64,000 nt of DNA from Macrostomum lignano (lineage: Eukaryota), in NCBI GenBank assembly GCA_002269645.1, contig NIVC01000216.1, positions 1-64,000 of the forward strand, in the 5' to 3' direction. Position 1 is the first letter of the stretch, and every line of letters starts with the position of its first letter. This document shows, one piece after another, positions 26,101 to 36,000 of the stretch. The notes beneath the pieces are model-generated. The model did not search any database and was not told the origin of the DNA. It worked only from the letters and a program-made list of their open reading frames with translations. Position numbers and translations under genes: made by a program.

Positions 26101-27717
26101 TCTCCGACAGTATGGAAATCCGCCCCCTCTCGAACAGTATGGAAATCCGCCCCCTCTCCGACAGTATGGAAATCCGCCCCCTCTCCGACAGTATGGAAAT
26201 CCGCCCCCTCTCCGACAGTATGGAAATCCGCCCCTCTCGAACAGTATGGAAATCCGCCCCCTCTCCGACAGTATGAAAATCCGCCCCCTCTCCGACAGTA
26301 TGGAAATCCGCTACCCTCTCCGACAGTATGGAAATCCGCTACCCTCTCCGATAGTATGGAAATCCGCCGCCTCTCGAACAGTATGGAAATCCGCCCCCCC
26401 CCCTCGGACAGTATGGAAATCCGCCCCCTCTCCGACAGTATGGAAATCCGCCCCCTCTCCGACAGTATGGAAATCCGCCCCCTCTCCGACAGTATGGAAA
26501 TCCGCCCCCTCTCAAACAGTATGGAAATCCGCCCCCTAAAACTCTATGGAAATCCGCCCCTACTCCACTACTCCAATCACAATATGGAAATCCGCCCCTA
26601 CTCCACTACTCCACTCACAATATGGAAATCTGCCCCTCCTTCTCTCAAAATATGGAAATCCGCAGTCTTGCATAAACACAGCATAGATAATTAATTGAAC
26701 TATTCCGAAAAATTTTCCCATAGCATTACGAGTAATGAAATATATTTTGAAGAGTCAAGTGAGAAGGAGTTCTATCTGTATTTTGAAACTCAACAACGGC
26801 GGCCAAGCGTAACAATAATATGTTTATTAAGATTGGACGGTTTCGAAAACAAGCGAAATGGATAGATAGTATGGCACGGATAAACAGTTGAGTACGGGCG
26901 CACCTAGCAACTGCCTAGGGTGTCCCTCCAGTAATCGCATCCTCTTTTAGCAACCTTGGTCCTCCTTCTGCGTCCATAGCAATCATGTTCTTCCTTTGAG
27001 CGTCCGTAGCAACCATGCTCCCATTTTGCGTCCTTAACAGCCCCATAACCCCATTTAGTTGTTATGGCCACCATGTTCTTTTTAGCGTCCATAGCAACCT
27101 TATTCCTCGTTTAGTGCCCATACCAACCATGCTACCCGTTTAGTGGCCATAGCAAACAACCATGCTCTCCGTTTAGCGCCCATAGCCACCAACCATGCTC
27201 TCCGTTTAGCGCCCATAGCAACCATGCCATCCGTCCAATCGCAGGCCACCTGCCGCAGGACCTACAAGACGGCTCTCTATACGACCTGGTCAGCCGCGAG
27301 GACCTCCATCTGCTGTCCGTGGCGCACGCCTCGGTGCTCAAATCCGACCGGAGCCGCGTCACCCTGCAGCAGTGCCGCCTGCACAGCGGCTGGTCCAACG
27401 GCGAGCCGGCCGTGTGCAGCCTGTCGCTGCAGTGCTTCGCCAATCCGCTGACGCAGAGTCCGGAGTTTCTCAGCCTGACTGGGACGCTGGCCGAGGCGGG
27501 GCGCGGGCGGCTGGTCAGGCCGTGCAGTCGGACTGGCGCTGGCGGTGACGATGCAGAGGCGGAAGCTGCGAAGATCTATTTCAAGGAGGATCAGGCGCAG
27601 CAGGACGTCAATGGCGACGAATTGAATGGCGAGAACGAAGGCGAGGAAGCGACGCCTCAGGACGAGGCTTTTGTCGATTCTGGCGCGCCGCTGCCGCTGA
27701 TGGGACAACCGTTTTAG
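20140..27717 (+). CDS. cyc/ARNTL-like: BMAL1/CYCLE (ARNTL)-like bHLH-PAS transcription factor, about 688 aa, 8 exons
   Basis: Exons 20140-20675, 20980-21081, 22598-22895, 23553-23663, 23753-23867, 24882-24968, 25689-26033 and 27245-27717; all GT-AG and phase-consistent (2067 nt). The b[54 protein letters not shown] matches BMAL1 (HSQIEKRRRDKMN...[20 protein letters not shown]) better than ARNT (RNKMT...RKPDKLTILRMAVSHM). PAS-A: [64 protein letters not shown]: [17 protein letters not shown]...[16 protein letters not shown]. The start codon and exon 2 are less certain; upstream exons are possible. Confidence 0.88.
20700..20845. repeat. short tandem duplication, about 58-bp unit x2.5, in intron 1
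   Basis: GTGATGTCAGTCATGAGGTCTCACTC is repeated three times. Confidence 0.7.
21270..21495. repeat. 20-bp GA-rich repeat (GAGAGTGAGACGGAGAAGTA) in intron 2
   Basis: Degenerate tandem units. Confidence 0.75.
22205..22500. repeat. 38-bp minisatellite (AATGAGAAAGTCAGGGCCGATGTACACCCTGCGTGCAC) in intron 2
   Basis: About 8 units ending about 100 bp before the bHLH exon. Confidence 0.92.
22912..23510. repeat. 40-bp minisatellite (ACACCGGTGTCAATCAGTTCCTACCGGTTCTAACCAGTTA) filling intron 3
   Basis: About 15 units, each with two ACCGGT palindromes. Confidence 0.93.
23960..24810. repeat. 33-bp minisatellite (GGAGACGGCAGTTGGAAACTACCCTGACCTAAG) in intron 5
   Basis: About 25 units. Confidence 0.93.
25140..25600. 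repeat. 20-bp CT-rich minisatellite (CTCTACTTTCACTCTACTCT) in intron 6
   Basis: Visible tandem units. Confidence 0.92.
26058..26560. repeat. 27-bp minisatellite (TATGGAAATCCGCCCCCTCTCCGACAG) in intron 7
   Basis: About 18 units starting about 25 bp after the donor. Confidence 0.92.
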
Positions 27718-27949
27718 CGAGTGCCGAAGTACATATGCACTCTCGCTCCCCTTATGCACTGTTCTGTCTACTTGAAGCACCGGTCTTTATTAACTCTCTC
27801 GGGTATTACTAACTGCGCATTCAACATGCCGCAACCATGATCAAATCTTGAATTAGTTTGTATAAAAATTACACACTCCATTTTTTAATTGGATCTACAA
27901 GCAGGTAGGTACCTCGGCAGCTCAAAAACCTTAAACAGTCACCTGAATT

Positions 27950-29040
27950 GAAGCTCAACCATCCTTAAACAGCCATGAGAACTGCACCTCAACCATCCTG
28001 AAACAGCCCTGAGAACTGCACCTCAACCATCCTGAAACAGCCCTGAGAACTGCACCTCAACCATCCTTAAACAGCCATGAGAACTGCACCTCAACCATCC
28101 TTAAACAGCCATGAGAACTGCACCTCAACCATCCTGAAACAGCCCTGAGAACTGCACCTCAACCATCCTGAAACAGCCCTGAGAACTGCACCTCAACCAT
28201 CCTTAAACAGCCATGAGAACTGCACCTGAACCATCCTGAAACAGCCCTGAGAACTGCACCTCAACCATCCTGAAACAGCCCTGAGAACTGCACCTCAACC
28301 ATCCTTAAACAGCCATGAGAACTGCACCTCAACCATCCTGAAACAGCCCTGAGAACTGCACCTCAACCATCCTGAAACAGCCCTGAGAACTGCACCTCAA
28401 CCATCCTTAAACAGCCATGAGAACTGCACCTCAACCATCCTGAAACAGCCCTGAGAACTGCACCTCAACCATCCTGAAACAGCCCTGAGAACTGCACCTC
28501 AACCATCCTTAAACAGCCATGAGAACTGCACCTCAACCATCCTGAAACAGCCCTGAGAACTGCACCTCAACCATCCTGAAACAGCCCTGAGAACTGCACC
28601 TCAACCATCCTTAAACAGCCATGAGAACTGCACCTCAACCATCCTGAAACAGCCCTGAGAACTGCACCTCAACCATCCTGAAACAGCCCTGAGAACTGCA
28701 CCTCAACCATCCTTAAACAGCCATGAGAACTGCACCTCAACCATCCTGAAACAGCCCTGAGAACTGCACCTCAACCATCCTGAAACAGCCCTGAGAACTG
28801 CACCTCAACCATCCTTAAACAGCCATGAGAACTGCACCTCAACCATCCTGAAACAGCCCTGAGAACTGCACCTCAACCATCCTGAAACAGCCCTGAGAAC
28901 TGCACCTCAACCATCCTTAAACAGCCATGAGAACTGCACCTCAACCATCCTGAAACAGCCCTGAGAACTGCACCTCAACCATCCTGAAACAGCCCTGAGA
29001 ACTGCACCTCAACCATCCTGAAACAGCCCTGAGAACTGCA
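27950..29040. repeat. 34-bp minisatellite with an A-B-B higher-order repeat (102 bp)
   Basis: Variant A has CCTTAAACAGCCATG and variant B has CCTGAAACAGCCCTG; about 32 units. Confidence 0.95.
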
Positions 29041-29462
29041 TTGCACTTAATAGACAATATATGCGATACTTTTAGAAGATAAAGAGATGTGCTAAATAGA
29101 TTTAGCAGAATTCTATTGCTGAAGTTCATCACTGTTCTAAAGGCGGTTACTCGTACTCTAAGAGACAGCATTATAACATGTTTTGGATCCCAGCGTTTGC
29201 TCAGCAAGTGTCCAAGTCAATAATGAATTTCATTATAAACCCATGTTAAATTAGTAATTTACTTTGACTATAGTTATTTTATTTTAATTCAATTTGGCTT
29301 CTGTCGCTTTATATGTATACTTATCATTAAATAGTAAAAATATAAAGTATAACACAATATTAACTTGCCAGACCTTACCACATTCGCATTGAGCGCATGG
29401 TGAATATTCAATATAAATGGTTTGTTTTATTCTGAAGATGCCGAAAAATGTGTCAAATAAGA

Positions 29463-30797
29463 AACCCTGACCAAACCGTGGAGTTCCTGACGCAGAATCT
29501 GGACAGGAGAACCCTGACCAAACCGTGGAGTTCCTGACGCAGAACCTGGACAGGAGAACCCTGACCAAACCGTGGAGTTCCTGACGCAGAACCTGGACAG
29601 GAGAACCCTGACCAAACCGTGGAGTTCCTGACGCAGAACCTGGACAGGAGAACCTTGACCAAACCGTGGAGTGCCTGACGCAGAACCTGGACAGGAGAAC
29701 CCTGACCAAACCGTGGAGTTCCTGACGCAGAACCTGGACAGGAGAACCCTGACCAAACCGTGGAGTTCCTGACGCAGAACCTGGACAGGAGAACCCTGAC
29801 CAAACCGTGGAGTTCCTGACGCAGAACCTGGACAGGAGAACCTTGACCAAACCGTGGAGTGCCTGACGCAGAACCTGGACAGGAGACCCCCCCTGACCAA
29901 ACCGTGGAGTGCCAGACGCAGAACCTGGACAGGAGAACCCTGACCAAACCGTGGAGTGCCAGACGCAGAACCTGGACAGGAGAACCCCCCCTGACCAAAC
30001 CGTGGAGTTCCTGACGCAAAATCTGGACAGGAGAACCCTGACCAAACCGTGGAGTGCCAGACGCAGAACCTGGATAGGAGAACCCTGACCAAACCGTGGA
30101 GTTCCTGACGCAGAACCTGGACAGGAGAACCCTGACCAAACCGTGGAGTTCCTGACGCAGAACCTGGACAGGAGAACCCTGACCAAACCGTGGAGTTCCT
30201 GACGCAGAACCTGGACAGGAGAACCTTGACCAAACCGTGGAGTGCCTGACGCAGAACCTGGACAGGAGACCCCCCCCTGACCAAACCGTGGAGTGCCAGA
30301 CGCAGAACCTGGACAGGAGAACCCTGACCAAACCGTGGAGTGCCAGACGCAGAACCTGGACAGGAGAACCCCCCTGACCAAACCGTGGAGTGCCAGACGC
30401 AGAACCTGGACAGGAGAACCCCCCCTGACCAAACCGTGGAGTGCCAGACGCAGAACCTGGACAGGAGAACCCTGACCAAACCGTGGAGTGCCAGACGCAG
30501 AACCTAGACAGGAGAACCCCCCTGACCAAACCGTGGAGTGCCAGACGCAGAACCTGGACAGGAGAACCCTGACCAAACCGTGGAGTGCCAGACGCAGAAC
30601 CTGGACAGGAGAACCCTGACCAAACCGTGGAGTTCCTGACGCAGAACCTGGACAGGAGAACCTTGACCAAACCGTGGAGTGCCTGACGCAGAATCTGGAC
30701 AGGAGAACCCTGACCAAACCGTGGAGTGCCAGACGCAGAACCTGGACAGGAGAACCCCCCTGACCAAACCGTGGAGTTCCAGACGCAGAATCTGGAT
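29463..30797. repeat. 47-bp minisatellite (CCTGACCAAACCGTGGAGTTCCTGACGCAGAACCTGGACAGGAGAAC)
   Basis: About 28 units; explains the long minus-strand ORFs at 29284-30814. Confidence 0.95.
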
Positions 30798-31664
30798 AGT
30801 AAACTCCGGACCAATCTAGTCAGAATACAAGAACTTACGTAACTTTTAATGGCCAGTTAGTCACATTAGTAAAAAGCTGCATTAAAATCATTGACAGACG
30901 AGGTCAACACCCGTATAATTTATGGATTAAATTTCACTGCTCAGCAATTATCTTTCTGTATATTGTATATAAGAGTAGCAATCATGTGCAGACAAAAATT
31001 GAACAGTTCGTCAACAGCAGGGACTGTTTACGAGTACGCCATGAGCTCATGCTGTAATATTCCAAAAATAGACAGAAATAGGCAATATGTCCCAGTCATA
31101 CTACTGAAAATCAGTCTAGGTTTTGCGATCATCACGGGCAAAAATGACAACACTAATAAATATAGTAATAATAATATAATAGTACACAATTAATAAGAAT
31201 CATTTAACTACAAAGAGGATAAACTTCCCTACATAACTAATTAAAAACGTTACTGATGATGCTACTAGGATAGAATTATAAACCTTATTGAGAGTAGCAC
31301 TACGATAAAACAAAAAATGCACAGGAAAATAATCAAACTTGAATTTTTGAAACTCCTATTGACAAATATTAATTATAGTTAGTGATAATTTATAGATGCT
31401 TAAATTAGGCTCACAGTTTGGCACAAAGCAACAGACGGCCAATCAAAAATTAAATCTAATTTCCAATTACTGCTTACAAATAGTGCGACTTTATTGCGAC
31501 AATTCTTTCTGCTAAGTTAGTAGTAAAGTAGGGGTTTTCTCGCTTAATTACATTTCAAAACTACAATTAATCATTAATAAGAAACAAAAGGTTGCCGTTA
31601 TAAAAATAGAAGAACTGAGATGATGTGTCCACGATGTGTCCGCAGCTACAATCACAATTATCTA

Positions 31665-31885
31665 TGATGTGTCCGCAGGTCCAACCCCAAATTATCTATG
31701 ATGTGTCCGCAGGTCCAACCCCAAATTATCCATGATGTGTCCGCAGGTCCAACCCCAAATTATCCATGATGTGTCCGCAGGTCCAACCCCAAATTATCCA
31801 TGATGTGTCCGCAGGTCCAACCCCAAATTATCTATGATGTGTCCGCAGGTCCAACCCCAAATTATCTACGATGAGTCCGCAGGTC
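31665..31885. repeat. 34-bp minisatellite (ATGATGTGTCCGCAGGTCCAACCCCAAATTATCC/T)
   Basis: About 6 units. Confidence 0.9.
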
Positions 31886-32299
31886 CACAATAAGATCTAT
31901 TGCTTGCAAAAGACACAGAGATACAAAGCACCATTAACAATAGAGAAAAACACAGTTTGCTGCAGGTAGGAAAACAAACAATTTCTAAAGTTGTACAAGC
32001 AGACGCTGAAGACCAAAAGAAGTCGAATAAACAAAATTTAGTAAGAAAAAATACAAAGCAAACCCAAGGGTTAATGAGGATCAGGTTTTTACAAAGCTAA
32101 ATAATTTTAACAATATAGCAACAACACGAAAAAACCAGAGTAACACAGAAACAAAAAGGCTTCCTTCTACAGTTGGGGACTCATTGGCTACAGGCGACAG
32201 ACAGAATTGCGACAGGTTACAGCAAAACAATATAGAAATACGAAAGCAGTATAGAACAGAGGCTAACTAATCAAACAGATTTAAATGAGGTGCTGCCAA

Positions 32300-32530
32300 A
32301 CTAGAGGATCTGGAGGGCTGGCGGTGGTGGCACAGCAACTGACACTCTGGGAGGCTGGCCCAGCAACTGACACTCTGGGAGGCTGGCCCAGCAACTGACA
32401 CTCTGGGAGGCTGGCCCAGCAACTGAGGATCTGGGAGGCTGGCCCAGCAACTGAGGATCTGGGAGGCTGGCCCAGCAACTGAGGATCTGGGAGGCTGGCC
32501 CAGCAACTGAGGATCTGGGAGGCTGGCGGT
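32300..32530. repeat. 28-bp minisatellite family (GGGAGGCTGGCCCAGCAACTGAGGATCT), copy downstream of the SAPS gene
   Basis: Same unit as 38113-38638 and 43315-43685. Confidence 0.93.
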
Positions 32531-33003
32531 AGCCCAGCCTTACGAGTAGCATCAATCACTCGCTAGGTGAATAAAAATGTCAGTTACACAGAGCAAACAG
32601 ACATCACGAAACAGGCGCAAAGTCACCCGCAAATTTATAAAAAAACTTAATCAAAAAAGGGAAGTCACGCAGACAGAGAAAAGGGGAACAGGACAAGCGG
32701 GTGTCAGGAATATACAATAGTAGCAAAATATATAACATCACTAACGCCACAGCACAAAAGAACGGTTAGTTATACAAAACACAAGTGCGCCATAGAGGGA
32801 ACAGTGCCTAGTCGTCACGTGAGAACAGTTCACTACCGGGTGTATTGGGGAACAGTTATTAGCTCTCACTATACATTACATGCACATTCAGGATGGTTGC
32901 GGCAGCAATGAGACGGTGGAGAAGCAGAGACGGGGCTTTGAAAGTGTAAGAGCACACGCAAACTGACGGAAGCATTCAGCGGCGCGGAGGTTCGCTCGCT
33001 GGC

Positions 33004-36000
33004 TCAGCTGGCAGTTTGATCGCCTCCCGCGGCTGCGGCTGCGGCGGCGTCCTCGGCAGGCAGCATGAGCTGCTCCAAATTGGTGAACTCTGGACAGCCT
33101 TCGGCGGATTCGGCTGCATCAGCGGAAGCGTCCAGCTTGACTGTCGCCGCGTCCGCTGCAGTTGGCGTCTCCGCCTGAGCTTCAGATGCTTCGGAGGCTT
33201 CAGCGACAGCTTCGGCTTCCGCTCTCCGACGTGCGCCGCCCGACAAGATGACAGCCGGTCCGATGCCGTCTTCTTCTTCTTCGTCATCATCGTCCTCATC
33301 GTCGTCATCTTCAACTTCGACAACGTCGACAGCGTCGCCCTCTAAAACTTGATCATCATCGTCGCCGTCGCCTTCGCCTTCGTCGCTGGAGTCGCCGCCG
33401 AGAATATTGACGGGCGATCTTGGCGGCGTCCTTGGCAACTGCTGCTCATCATTCTCGTTGTCGATGTCGGCAGCGCCGATAAGTCGGGGAACGACAACAG
33501 CTGTAGTCGCCATCGCCGCCGATGCACCACCAGCAGCAGAAGCAGTGGTTGGAGTTCTCGGCGTTGTCACCCTGAAATTATCGTCGTCAATTTCGCCGTT
33601 TTCTTCGCCGACTACAACGTTGTCGTCGTCGATTGTCGTCGACATAGCCGCGGCCGCAGCTGCTGCGGCGGCGCTGTTATTATCGTCATCGTCGTCGTCC
33701 TCGTCGTCGTACTGTTGAATCTGGGAGTTGCACGCCTGGTCGAACATGGTGGCGTTGTCGGCGTCCTCCGGCGTCGGGGTGGTGAAGTCCAGGCTGGACA
33801 CCTGTACGGGGGCGATGGCAAAGTCTTTGCTGCAACAGAAGATTCCAGGACGCTTCCAGTCCGGTGATGGGGTTCCAGGGGTCCATGATAAATTGATGAA
33901 AAACGGCCGTTAGTAGCCTTTGGCGCCATTCTCTAACATAGCTACTCATTCAATTCAGTAGTATGGCATTCGGCTCCATGCTCTATTATAGCTACTCATT
34001 CAATTCAGTAGTATGGCATTCGGCTCCATGCTCTATTATAGCTACTCATTCAATTCAGTAGTATGGCATTCGGCTCCATGCTCTATTATAGCTACTCATT
34101 CAATTCAGTAGTATGGCATTCGGCTCCATGCTCTATTATAGCTACTCATTCAATTCAGTAGTATGGCATTCGGCTCCATGCTCTATTATAGCTACTCATT
34201 CAATTCAGTAGTATGGCATTCGGCTCCATGCTCTATTATAGCTACTCATTCAATTCAGTAGTATGGCATTCGGCTCCATGCTCTATTATAGCTACTCATT
34301 CAATTCAGTAGTATGGCATTCGGCTCCATGCTCTATTATAGCTACTCATTCAATTCAGTAGTATGGCATTCAGCTCCATACTCTATTATAGCTACTCATT
34401 CAATTCAGTAGTATGGCATTCAGCTCCATGCTCTATTGTAGCTACTCATTCAATTCAGTAGTATGGCATTCGGCTCCATGCTCTATTATAGCTACTCATT
34501 CAATTCAGTAGTATGGCATTCGGCTCCATGCTCTATTATAGCTACTCATTCAATTCAGTAGTATGGCATTCAGCTCCATGCTCTATTATAGCTACTCATT
34601 CAATTCAGTAGTATGGCATTCGGCTCCATGCTCTATTATAGCTACTCATTCAATTCAGTAGTATGGCATTCGGCTCCATGCTCTATTATAGCTACTCATT
34701 CAATTCAGTAGTATGGCATTCAGCTCCATGCTCTATTATAGCTACTCATTCAATTCAGTAGTATGGCATTCAGCTCCATGCTCTATTATAGCTACTCATT
34801 CAATTCAGTAGTATGGCATTCGGCTCCATGCTCTATTATAGCTACTCATTCAATTCAGTAGTATGGCATTCGGCTCCATGCTCTGTTATACGAGGGGTGT
34901 CCCAAAAGTCCGTGCACGCTCTTCATTCCAGCCGTTTTCAAGCAATCTGAAATATTCTGACTATGGCAATTAAAAAGATAATTATCTGCCTGTGAAAATG
35001 ACTTTTAATTTATTTGTTTATCTGTAGGCATTCTCAAGTTATTCAAACTTTGCTGCCCCACTCCATGTGCTACTTCTACTAAATGACATAGACAAATTTC
35101 CCTGTTTTATCGATCTGTCGAAAGATGTGTTGAATATCAGTCGTGTCAAATGAGACGGATCCTGCGCCACCATCTCTTTAACACTGGATGGAAAAAAGAA
35201 TTGTCTGTGGTGAAACCTTCCGAGAAGTTTGGCAACGACACGTCAATAAAGCGAATGCTTGTGAACACTTTCTTTTGAAAGATCTGCTAAAGTTTTGCGC
35301 TCTTCTTTGTCAGAATGAGCTCGGTGCAAGCATTGAGAGTCAACGCAGCCAGATTTTTGCACTGTGGACTGCAGGCTGGAATGCAAGTCGGATTGCTGAT
35401 CATCTTCAACAGCAACATGGAGACAATGGTCTGAAGCTGAGGGCCATTTATGGCTGGATTGAACGCTTCAAGGATGGCCAGCTGAGTGTCTCTGACCAGC
35501 AGCGCAATGGACGGCCGCAATCACCTGTCAACAAATTCAGGAATTGCTCAATACTGATGCCAGACTGACAGTTCGCGAGATTGCAGACATGCTCGGTAGT
35601 CCAAAGTCCACAGTTCATCGCACGATAACTGAGCAGTTGCAACTGTCAAAGATCTCGGCCCGCTGGGTACCGCAGCTCCTCACGGTCGACCTCAAGGCTC
35701 ACCGACTGGAAATTTCAGCATCAAACCTGAGGTTCGTTCGGGAGCAAGGTGGTTGGGATGATGTCCGCAATCTGGTCATATCCGGTGACGAGACATGGAT
35801 CCCATTTTTCGACCCCGAGACAAAGGAGGAGAGCCGTGTTTGGGCGAGAAAGGGATCCCAGCCCCCTGTCAAGGCTCACCGCGACAAGCACTCCAAGAAA
35901 ATCATGATGACGATTTTCTTTGATCGTTCTGGCCCACTCACACTCGAGTTCTTGGAAGAAGGGCAGACGATAAATGCTGACCGCTATTGCGCCACAGTAC

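Noticed and set aside
29284-30814. 350-477 aa ORFs
   Set aside because: Translations of the 47-bp minisatellite.
33349-33867. Plus-strand ORFs antisense to GC-rich exons (also 37795-38065, 38656-38922, 54319-54603, 62431-62781)
   Set aside because: Expected shadow ORFs of GC-rich coding sequence on the opposite strand.
33937-34890. Regular 50-bp array as a CRISPR locus
   Set aside because: Units are head-to-tail and near-identical with no unique spacers, there are no cas genes, and the context is a eukaryotic intron. The same applies to every other array in the window.
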